DNA of 64,000 nt, taken from positions 630,959-694,958 of the forward strand of contig NMRA01000181.1 in NCBI GenBank assembly GCA_002633005.1, given 5' to 3'. The position numbers and the translations under genes were made by a program. Below, piece after piece: positions 28,601 to 40,600 of the stretch (position 1 is its first letter; each line of letters opens with the position of its first letter). Under the pieces are notes generated by a model that ran no database searches, was not told the DNA's origin, and saw nothing but the letters and a program-made list of their open reading frames with translations. This stretch comes from Phoronis australis (Eukaryota; Animalia; Phoronida).

Positions 28601-31600
28601 CAAAACGGCGGTGACGTCTGTCAGGGACTCTCGCGAGAAACTAAGACGTGCGAGGATATTCCTCTTTGTGTTCAGACAAGTTAGTTGAGAAACCAATACT
28701 TACTCTCGGTATTTTGAATACTGTCATTTGCTGTTCAATGTTTGTTGTTATTACTAAATTAGCGTGTCGTTACATATAGTATTTTAGCTCGATTCTAGTT
28801 GACCGTATGCATGATGCGATATTTATTAGTTGGTGCCAAATGAAAGATATGTGTNTTGAGCCACTAAGTGAGCAAATTGATATTAATTACGTGATTGCTC
28901 AAGTTAATCTACATTTATAACTGCAGCTATCACGTACATATTTACATATTTCCTTAGTCAGAGTATTTCCACAAGTCTTGTTTTCATGCATACTATTGTA
29001 GATCCATAGAGCTCGCATGTCTTTGACAAGTATAGATCGTTTAATTTGTTTACGCGAGAGATATGAAGAATAAGTGAAAATAGGTGAAGTCATTGGTTGT
29101 GCATAGAAAAATGTCTATTGAATTGTACTGGGTTTTGGCTACGGGAAATTCAGATTATGTTAATATTGACATTTGTTGTTTTATTTGGACTACGTGCCTG
29201 ACTCAAAAACCTCATGTTTTTCATTTCAAAGAGAAGAAGTGCAGTGGCGCAAAAGCAGACGTTGTGTTCATACTTGACGAGTCCAGCAGCATATACCCAC
29301 GTGACTTTAAGAAGCAACTTCAATTCGTCAATGATGTTATCGATTCGTTCTCAGTAGGACCGACCGAAGTACATGTTGGTGTAATGACTTTCTCAACAAA
29401 GCCAAACATGCGATTTAAGCTAGGAACTCACTCTGATAAAAACTCCGTTCAGAAGGCTGTGCTTGGTATCAGACAGAAAGGTGGTGGTACTTACACCTTC
29501 GATGCTCTTGACTTTGCTGTGGATAAGTTCTTTAAGAAGTCACGTGATGACCCAGAAATTGCCAAAATTGCAATTGTTATGACAGACGGTGAATCTGCCG
29601 ATAAAGACAAAACTTTGGCATCTGGTAGAAATGCTCAAGAACAAGGCTTCGACGTATTTGCCCTCGGTGTAGGTCCAAATGTTGACCCTGAAGAACTCGG
29701 GTTTATTGGAGGAGACAACGTATTCACAGCTTCGGACTTTGGTGCTCTTCAAGACATCAAAGCAGAATTCATTACTAAAACTAAAAGTGTCTGCACTGAG
29801 ACAGGTAAATTTTAGTAATAAACGTAATCTAGTTACTAGAACCGTGGGTGTTTTAGGTTAAGTGTTTTGTTGCTGATATTTAGACGATTTTTGTTTTTAC
29901 ATTGATAGTTGTTGGCGTTTTGTTATTATAGGTACTGGATAGCAGAGACCTCCACATTGTATTAGACTTAGATCATGTCTAGCTCGTTGTAGCCTTCTCA
30001 GCGTAATTTACTCTCCTCCCTAGTAACCACTGTTGCGACACCTGTTGTCGCCCTATGCACTTGTTGTCGCCTGGTCGACAGCATGTGTGGAGTGGAACAA
30101 TACACATGTATGTCACAAGGACCCCTCCTCCCACAGATAATAATTGGGACAACAGCCGCCCGTTGCGTCTGTGTTATCAGCTGCTCAAACAACGCCCTTT
30201 CGATTTCTCCTCGCCAAGTCTAGTAGCTTCATTCGACAATAGTCCCAAAGTTGCGTTTTTCGGCAGCAAAATTGATAAATGTCCCATTAAAATCCAAGAT
30301 TTCTGCCATCTACATGAAAACCTGTTATTGAAATGTGGTTTCGGTTTTCTTCTGCACGGTTAGCGTGAACGACTTTCTTGGTGTAAGTCCAGAAACGTGT
30401 TTTTGTAGTGTGATTGGGTCACTGTGCCCTTCGAAAGTAAAACCTAGTAGTTACTTATTGTTCGGTAACGTTGTTCTCGATTCTATAGCTTGCTTACCTG
30501 CATGTATTTGGTTCAAATATTATTTATAAAATCCCTAATTGCTTTGTGACATTTTCGTCACTAACCTGTCTTGCAGCCACATCAGATTTACATTATTTGT
30601 GAACTGTAGAATTAACACTTTCCCTCTTATTAACGGACGATAGAGCGATTGGCGCGCGTCGAGTGTGCGCTACATGAGGTGTGGGACGGTCAAACTGTCC
30701 AGAGAACGTGAATGTGGCAACCAGGCGACACAAAATGACAGCGATGACTGCCCACAAGAGTCTACAGATAGTAGACTACGTGAACAGCCTCTTTGCTGTT
30801 AGTGACGAAGGCTACAATATTTTGCTACAGTTTAAGTCAAATTAATATTTGGCATTGGCCTTCAAATTGTCACCTTAAACACAAAAACGAGATTTTTGCT
30901 TAACTGGCATATTTTTCGGTTTTTGCTTGCCAATGAGCTTGTGCCGGTTTGCGTTATCAGAGGACACGTTCTCACTTCTTTCAAAACTGCGTACTTTTGC
31001 ACTTCATTCCCAACTGTTGTAAGTACCAACAGTACCTTTTAAAATTTAGAAACCCCACCACCTCCCACTAATGGCCATTGGGGCGACTGGCGTTCGTGGA
31101 GTCCGTGTTCCGTGACCTGTGGGATTGGTGAACAGTCGAGGGAACGCGAGTGCGATAGCCCTGCACCACAAAACGGCGGTGACGTCTGTCAGGGGCTCTC
31201 GCGAGAAACTAGGAGATGCAAGGATATTCCTCTTTGTGTTCAGACAAGTTAGTTGAGAAACCAGTACTTACTCTCGGTATTTTGAATACTTTCATTTGCT
31301 GTTCAATGTTTGTTGTTATTACTAAATGTCGTTACATATATTATTTTAGCTGGATTCTAGTTGACCGTATGCATGATGCGATATTTATTAGTTGGTGCCA
31401 AATGAAAGATATGTGTTTTCATATGCGTACTAGCCGAGGTTGTTGGGTCGAGTAGGTATGCTTACTTGATACAGCAATCGAGTGTAATAATATCTCCCAT
31501 ATAAAATCACGTGTACATTAACACAAACACACGCACGCACGCACACACGCACGCAAACACATATATATTTGTTCATCTCAAGAGATTGGGAGGAGAGATG

Positions 31601-34600
31601 CTCAAACACATTGAACCGTTCATGGTAGATATTTAAAAATATCTCAGTTTGTTGTATAGTTAAGATGTTATTTCACTGGCACCACCTAATGAACATAGTG
31701 CACCTCGTTATCCCATACATATCTTACGTTGGTGCTTCTTAGTCCGTCTGTAGTTCAAAATTTGCAACTATAAACCTATCGCTTGAACCTACTCTGATTT
31801 CTCAAACCCTTTTACTTACTGCACTGGAAATGCTACTCTATATTACCCGCTTTGATTCCTTTAGCAATCCCACCCCCTGCTATAGACGGTCAATGGGGCG
31901 ACTGGCGCAAGTGGAGTCAGTGTTCCGTCAGTTGCGGAACTGGCGAGCAGACGAGAGAACGCGAGTGTGATAATCCTGCACCACAAAACGGCGGGAATGA
32001 CTGCCAAGGAAAGTCGACTGAAGAGCGAGGATGCGAGGGGCCTCCTTGTATTAGGCCTGGTTAGTAGAGTTGTATATATTCATCAATTGCCATTTTTTCT
32101 GCAGCACCTCAAATAAAGTGTTTTCGTTCACTTAACATGCAACCCGATTGTATTCAACAGTTGACGGCCAGTGGGGACCATGGGAGGCTTTCAGTAAATG
32201 TTCAGTTACCTGTGGAGGTGGAACTAAAACCAGGCGACGTAAGTGCAACAACCCAGCACCCAGAGATGGAGGTCGTGACTGTGTCGGGAATGCTGAGGAG
32301 ACCACCATTTGTGTAGGACCGCACTGCGCCGCCCCAAAACCGAGTGAGTTTTTCTTTTCCCATTTGAAGACAATATTCTCAAGACCATTGAAATGCAGTC
32401 AAAATGTTTAATGGCGACAGATATCATTAAACCGCATTTGCTTCTTCGTACACTTCACCTGCTTGACATAAACAAACCAACCAAGTCTCATTCTGGTAAA
32501 ATTTAACTGGAACTTCCTCTGATGTTACGTCTATCCAATGCATTTTGTCGTATTTCATCTCTTAGGTAAATGCAGTGGTGGTAAGGCGGACGTGGTTTTC
32601 GTGCTCGATGAGTCCAGTAGCATATACCCACGTGACTTCAAGAAGCAGCTTCAATTCGTCAATGACGTCATCGATTCGTTCTCAGTAGGACCCAGTCAAG
32701 TCCATGTAGGGGTAATGACATTCTCAACAAGGCCAAACATGCGATTTGAGCTAGGAACTCACTCTGATAAAGACTCCGTTCAGAAGGCTGTGCTTGGTAT
32801 CAGGCAGAAAGGTGGTGGTACTTACACGTTCGATGCTCTTGACTTTGCTGTAGATAAGTTCTTTAAGAAGTCCCGGGATGACCCAGAAGTTGCCAAAATT
32901 GCTATAGTTATGACAGACGGTGAGTCGGCCGATAAAGACAAAACTCTTTCATCTGGCCGAAATGCTCAAGAACAAGGCTTCGACGTATTTGCCCTCGGTG
33001 TAGGTCCAAACGTGGACCCAGAAGAACTCAAGTACATTGGCGGGGACAACGTGTTCACAGCCACGGACTTCGGTGCTCTTCAAGACATCAAGGCGGAATT
33101 CATCACTAAAACCAAGAGTGTTTGCACTGAGACAGGTATATTTAATCTTTTTTTCACCTTTTTTAAGCGTAAAATTTGAGAATTTGTCTCCGCGCCCTTG
33201 CTCTATCTCTTTCTCTACCTTTGCATGTGAAAAAATAATTACCAAATGAATGATGTGTACATTTTTTTCGTTGCTAATTTTTAGGTTGTAATTTCTTCAC
33301 CTGCTCTGACACTAAACTGTCTTGCCTCCCGCTAATTCAATTTCCCTCCTTCTCCTGTAGATGGTGAATGGGGCTACTTTTGCCCTTGAAATCAGTGCTC
33401 AGTCAGTTGTTGTGCAGGCGCACAATTCAGAGAACGTTCCTGTGATAATCCGGCACCAAAAAATGCAGGAAACAAATGTCCGTGTAACGACTCATGTGTG
33501 ACTCTTAAGACAAACTACTCTATCGTCTAGTATAACATGCGCGCACCAAGTCGTAAAAAATGGGGGCTCGAATTTTTGAAAATGTGGGCCTTTTACTAAG
33601 ATTCACGGGCCCGGGTACGTTGAGAGTTATGAATTGTACATCCGCTGAATTTTGATTGTTTCTGCCTTTTAAGCGCACTTTTGTCTCGTTTTCTACTTTT
33701 TTCTGAGTTTTCCCGTACCTTTTTTGCCCACTTTGCCAAATGGGGGCCTCGAGTGAGCCCACCGAGCACCCCCTCGGGTGAGTGCATGTATAAAACTTAC
33801 TAGGCCTACCCTGCCCGATCCGCGGCAATCCGTGAGACGCCCGAGAAATAAAAATGTTTCAAAGTCCACCGTGCGCACTTTCTGGTGTATTAGAATCTCA
33901 CAATTGATCATTATTAGTATTGTCACGTTTAGTGCAATTTCGTCCTGTGTTTTGTCAATGATAAATTTTTAATTGAAGCGATGTCGAGGCTAAAACTATT
34001 ACCGCGATTATCCCGTCCTGAATTGATGCCGAAGGAGCCGATAGCTCAAGTTGCAGGCAATTCATACATGCGCCATATTTGAATTAGCAAATTTTACGTA
34101 TGGTCAACGCCAAACATATCTTGAATATTATCTTGAGTCGCTGATGGTTTCGATGTTCTTATACTAGAAAGAAAATAAAATGGCATCACGGTAAGGAATG
34201 TTATAAGACGATTTTTTTAAGAACAATATGCCTAATTCGATTTTGGTTGTTAAGCCAGCTAACGATCCATTCCCAAACCCACTTCATAAATTGTGGCCAA
34301 TTTATAGACATTAACTTAATACCTTTTGCCAAAATTTCGTTCCTAAAAGACAGGTGAAGGGGTACGCCTACTTGTCTCACTGTCAATTACCCTTCAATGT
34401 TGTCTGTTACCTAAAAGGTGTTCACAAAATGCAATTGAATGCTGCATAATACAATATTCATGAGCATTGAACTTTGATCTCTCATGTTATTTTTTGGACT
34501 AGTGTCTGAGACATTGTGCAGTTCAATTAAAGAAGCTGTGAACGGAATCTGTGCCCAGTTTAAGCAAGTTCCATAAAAGAATTGGGAATCGTTATTTGGG

Positions 34601-37600
34601 TCCGCAACCCAGTCTCCGCACCTATATTCTTTTTTAACCTTGTCATTCTTCTGTTGAGTGTATATTGAGGTACTTTCCATTCTCGCAACTTTTTTCAGTC
34701 ACTAACATGTCTTGCAGCCACATAATCTTTGCACTTTGGAATTTAGAAACCCCTCCCCCTGCTATCAACGGTCAATGGAGCGACTGGCGAGCGTGGAGTG
34801 AGTGCTCCGTCAGTTGTGGGACGGGCAAACAGTTCAGAGAACGTGCATGCGACAACCCGGCGCCACAAAATGGCGGCGATGACTGCCAAGGACTTTCTAA
34901 AGAAAGCAGACTGTGTGAACAACCGCCTTGTGGTTAGTGACTCAGTTTGAATTCTTTGCTCGTGTAAATCAACTTGGCTTGCACTCCAAAATCAGTGTTT
35001 AACGGGGAAACTGTATAATTGCTTCACACAATTCGTTGTCGTTTATGTTCTTGCTTGAGTGTTAATTTACGGTAGTTAGCATTGCTTTATTGGTGTATTC
35101 ATGTGCATGTAGTTCCCACTGCAACCACTTGTGTTCTTTGCTTTAGCAACCCCACCCCCTGCTATAGATGGTCAATGGGGCGACTTTCGCCCATGGAGTG
35201 AGTGTTCAGTTACCTGCGGGAGTGGTGAACAGTCGAGGGAACGTGTGTGTGACAGCCCTGCACCACAAAACGGTGGAGATGATTGTCGAGGACAGCATCG
35301 ACAGACGCGAGTCTGTAGGGGCCCACCGTGCGTTATTCCCGGTTAGTTGAATTATCTTGGAAACACACTTTGTTGAAGTAGTTTTTAATGCGATTGCCTT
35401 AATTAAGCCTGTTGCAAAAATTCGTTTGCGTAAAAAGCTAAAAACTTCGACTGTTTAGCATGCACCCACGCAGAAAGCCCTACAGCGTTGTATAGCGTTA
35501 TAGAGGTGGTCAATCACACTAACGTGAAACTTTGAAGTCGGACTTTACGTGGATATGGCTAGTTTGACCTATCCCCTACGGTCCAAAAATCCTAGCACTT
35601 GTTTAATTCTTGTATCACGTGGGTGACTGAAATAATGCTACAGTGTGCAACGACCTAAAAATTGATCAGTGTGAATTTTTACGTACTAAAAACAACATCG
35701 TTCTGTAATGATTTGTATGGAAAAATGTGAGCACCGCATATTTGGTGAACAGATGTGAATAATATATTTTGGACGCTATTCTACCACTCAGTTGACGGCC
35801 AGTGGGGACCATGGGAAGCGTATGGTGAGTGTTCCGTCACTTGTGGAGGCGGAAGTAAAACCAGGCGACGTCATTGCAACAACCCTGCACCCAGTGATGG
35901 AGGTCGTAACTGCGTCGGGAATGCTGAGGAGATCACAAATTGTCAAAGGCCTGCATGCACTGCCCCAAGCCGCCGTGAGTACTAACATTTATGTTCTTCG
36001 TTGAGAACCGTAGTCTAAATAAAGAGCAGTGCAGTATGGTGGCGACATCTACCATTTATACCATATATAAACCACTGTTTCGTCCAAGAGGCAAAAATTT
36101 GATTGAGACCACGTACTGTTGAGACTATACTCGGCGCATAAAACGGCACGCCGTGATAAGCTAATGATCTCAAGCAATAAAACAATGACAGTCCTTTCGA
36201 AGAGCCGACGTCATTTCCGATATGACGAAGGAACAATTTGAAATAATTATGTGTAAGTACTATGAATCATTTTTGTGATGGAAGACTGGTTTAAAACCGG
36301 TTTACTGTTGCACAATCTTGTAGTGCTCATTTTACATGCCTCCCAATAGCATGTCCACCCAATCGGGATTGGAACTGTGTCTGGTGTTAAGTTCCTCCTC
36401 ACGGAAGTCGGCGGTTTTCAGAAAAAAAAGGGCAGTGGAGGTTTTTGGTTCACTTCACATGCTTCACAGTAACCGTGGTCTGGCAAAATGTAGCTGGTAC
36501 TGCTTCCGGTATTACGTCTATTTTACGAAAGGGGTCGTATTTCATTTTTAAGGTATATGCAGTGGCACCCAAGCAGACGTTGTGTTCATACTTGACGAGT
36601 CGAGCAGCATATACCCACGTGACTTCAAGAAACAGCTTCAGTTCGTTAATGACGTCATCGATACGTTCCCAGTTGGACCAAACAGTGTGCATGTCGGTGT
36701 AATGACGTTCTCGACAAGGCCAAATATGCGATTTGAACTAGGAACTCATTCTAATAAAGACTCCGTTCAGAAGGCTGTGCTTGGTATCAGGCAGAAAGGT
36801 GGTGGAACTTACACCTTCGATGCTCTTGACTTTGCTGTGGATAAGTTCTTTAAGAAGTCACGTGATGACCCAGAAATTGCCAAAATTGCTGTAGTTATGA
36901 CAGACGGTGAGTCGGCCGATAAAGACAAAACTTTGGTATCTGGTAGAAATGCTCGGAAACAAGGCTTCGATGTGTTTGCCCTCGGTGTAGGTCCAAACGT
37001 GGACGTAGAGGAACTGGGATACATTGGCGGAAAGCATGTGTTCACAGCTACGGACTTCGGTGCGCTCCAAGACATCAAAACGGAATTCATTGAGAAAACC
37101 AAAAGCGTCTGCCGTGAGCCAGGTTTGTGTCATATTAGTCTAAACGATCTTATTTCAAAATTTAATAAGTTTAGGGCTAAATATTGCTTATTCGACCATT
37201 ACTCATNNNNNNNNNNNNNNNNNNNNNNNNNNNNNNNNNNNNNNNNNNNNNNNNNNNNNNNNNNNNNNNNNNNNNNNNNNNNNNNNNNNNNNNNNNNNNN
37301 NNNNNNNNNNNNNNNNNNNNNNNNNNNNNNNNNNNNNNNNNNNNNNNNNNNNNNNNNNNNNNNNNNNNNNNNNNNNNNNNNNNNNNNNNNNNNNNNNNNN
37401 NNNNNNNNNNNNNNNNNNNNNNNNNNNNNNNNNNNNNNNNNNNNNNNNNNNNNNNNNNNNNNNNNNNNNNNNNNNNNNNNNNNNNNNNNNNNNNNNNNNN
37501 NNNNNNNNNNNNNNNNNNNNNNNNNNNNNNNNNNNNNNNNNNNNNNNNNNNNNNNNNNNNNNNNNNNNNNNNNNNNNNNNNNNNNNNNNNNNNNNNNNNN

Positions 37601-40600
37601 NNNNNNNNNNNNNNNNNNNNNNNNNNNNNNNNNNNNNNNNNNNNNNNNNNNNNNNNNNNNNNNNNNNNNNNNNNNNNNNNNNNNNNNNNNNNNNNNNNNN
37701 NNNNNNNNNNNNNNNNNNNNNNNNNNNNNNNNNNNNNNNNNNNNNNNNNNNNNNNNNNNNNNNNNNNNNNNNNNNNNNNNNNNNNNNNNNNNNNNNNNNN
37801 NNNNNNNNNNNNNNNNNNNNNNNNNNNNNNNNNNNNNNNNNNNNNNNNNNNNNNNNNNNNNNNNNNNNNNNNNNNNNNNNNNNNNNNNNNNNNNNNNNNN
37901 NNNAATTAAGCCTGTTGCAAAAATTCGTATGCGTAAAAAGCTAAAAACTTCGACTGTTTAGTATGCACCCACGCAGAAAGCCCTACAGCGTTGTATAGCG
38001 TTATAGAGGTGGTCAGTCACACTAACGTGAAACTTTGAAGTCGGACTTTACGTGGATATGGCTAGTTTGACCTATCCCCTACAGTCCAAAAATCCTAGCA
38101 CTTATTTAATTCTTATATCACGTGGGTGACTGAAATAATGCTACAGTGTGCAACGACCTAAAAACTGATCAGTGTGAATTTTTACGTACTAAAAACAACA
38201 TCGTTCTGTAATGATTTGTATGGAAAAATGTGAGCACCGCATATTTGGTGATGTGAATAATATATTTTGGACGCTATTCTACCACTCAGTTGACGGCCAG
38301 TGGGGACCATGGGAAGCATATGGTGAGTGTTCCGTCACTTGTGGAGACGGAAGTAAAACCAGGCGACGTCATTGCAACAACCCTGCACCCAGTGATGGAG
38401 GTCGTAACTGCGTCGGGAATGCTGAGGAGATCACAAATTGTCTAAGGCCAGCATGCACTGCCCCACGCCGCCGTGAGTACTAACATTTATGTTCTTCGTT
38501 GAGAAACGTAGTCTAAATAAAGGGCAGTGCAGTATGGTGGCGACATCTACCATTTAAACCATATATAAACCACTGTTTCGTCCAAGAGGCAAAAATTTGA
38601 TTGAGACCACGTATTGTTGAGACTATTATCGGCGCATAAAACGGCACGCCGTGATAAGCTAATGATCTCAAGCAATAAAACAATGACAGTACTTTCGAAG
38701 AGCCGACGTCATTTCCGATATGACGAAGGAACAATTTGAAATAATTATGTGTAAGTACTATGAATCATTTTTGTGATGGAAGACTGGTTTAAAACCGGTT
38801 TACTGTTGCACAATCTTGTAGTGCTCGCATATCATTTCACATGCCTCCCAATAGCGTGTCCGCCCAATCGGGATTGGAACTGTGTCTGGTGTTAAGTTCC
38901 TCCTCACGGAAGTCGGCGGTTTTCAGAAAAAAAGGGCAGTGGAGGTTTTTGGTTCACTTCACATGCTTCACAGTAACCGTGGTCTGGCAAAATGTAGATG
39001 GCACTGCTTCCGGTATTACGTCTATTCTATGAAAGGGGTCGTATTTCATTTTTAAGGTAAATGCAGTGGAACCCAAGCAGACGTGGTGTTCATTCTTGAC
39101 GAGTCGAGCAGCATATACCCACGTGACTTCAAGAAACAACTTCAATTCGTTAATGACGTCATCGATACGTTCCCAGTTGGACCAAACAATGTGCGTGTCG
39201 GGGTAATGACGTTCTCGACAAGGCCAAATATGCGATTTGAACTAGGAATTCATTCTAATAAAGACTCCGTCCAGAAGGCTGTGCTTGGTATCAGGCAGAA
39301 AGGTGGTGGTACTTACACCTTCGATGCGCTTGACTTTGCTGTGGATAAGTTCTTTAAGAAGTCACGTGATGACCCAGAAATTGCCAAAATTGCTGTAGTT
39401 ATGACAGACGGTGAGTCGGCCGATAAAGAGAAAACTTTGGTATCTGGTAGAAATGCTCGGAAACAAGGCTTCGATGTGTTTGCCCTCGGTGTAGGTCCAA
39501 ACGTGGACGTAGAGGAACTGGGATACATTGGCGGAAAGCATGTGTTCACAGCTACGGACTTCGGTGCGCTTCAAGACATCAAAACGGAATTCATTGAGAA
39601 AACCAAAAGCGTCTGCCGTGAGCCAGGTTTGTGTCATATTAGTCTAAACGATCTTATTTCAAAATTTAATAAGTTTAGGGCTAAATATTGCTTATTCGAC
39701 CATTACTCATGCAATGACATATTTGTGCCTAGGTTATTTTGGGTTCTCCTCACTTTTCCATTTCCGCAGTACCCGGCCTCCTCATGGAATGATTAGCCTC
39801 GATCTGGATCAGAGTAAGAAGTAGAGGCTGTACCGGATACTTCGTTAAATAAGTTGGCTTCCACAAAGCACGGAAAAGAATCGAAATTATTGTAATTGAT
39901 TTTAACAGCAATTTTATACCGCACACCCTCAGATTTTGTGTTCTTATATATGTATATAAGTTCATAAAACTTGTCATGGGAATTTAACTACAACATAACG
40001 AAACGTCACTTTTTCGATTGAAAACCAATGTCTTGGTGCGTGCTTCAGGATGGAACCCTTTGTTTTAGATTGACGACGACCCGTTACTTACCATTCCTAA
40101 TTACACGTAAGAACATTGGAGAGATATTGGCTTACTGTGCGCAATTCCTCAGGTAATACATGTATCATTACAGAAGCGGTGGATGGCCAATGGGGAGCTT
40201 GGAAACCATGGACTAGTTGTTCAGTCACGTGCGGTGATGGCACGCAGAGCCGATCACGAGAATGCAACAACCCAGAGCCACAAAATGGCGGCAAAGATTG
40301 CGAAGGACATGCAGTGCATAACCAAATGTGTTCGATGAAGTCATGTGTCGTACCTGGTAAGTTTTCAGCTTGGCTGACTGGTGACGGCGCTTGCTACTTT
40401 AGTATAGGGCTCTATAAAATGCTTTGGCATGCCTCTCTTGCGGCTCATTTCAGTGTTGTACTACGGGAGAGGTCGCTTTTGACTTGATGTGCTTATTTTC
40501 AGATTACGTGTACGTCTTTTGCATTGTTTCATGTTTCTGAGTTATTCACGAAGACTATGTTGTAGCGAATACTTCTAATCAACTCTCTGATGCACAATGG

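Noticed and set aside
36582-37961. 459-aa and 241-aa ORFs in the ORF track
   Set aside because: They read through the N gap; artefacts.
295-39637. Many minus-strand and alternate-frame ORFs overlapping VWA/TSP1 exons
   Set aside because: Shadow ORFs of the repeated coding sequence, with no independent motifs.
286-39796. Interpretation as a cluster of separate single-exon VWA genes
   Set aside because: No starts or signal peptides; every ORF core is bounded by phase-compatible splice sites.
248-40000. Regularly recurring near-identical motifs (gatggtcaatggggcgactggcg) as a CRISPR-like or recombination-cassette array
   Set aside because: They are the coding DGQWGDW starts of TSP1 exons. There are no spacers, cas genes or recombinase, and the DNA is eukaryotic.
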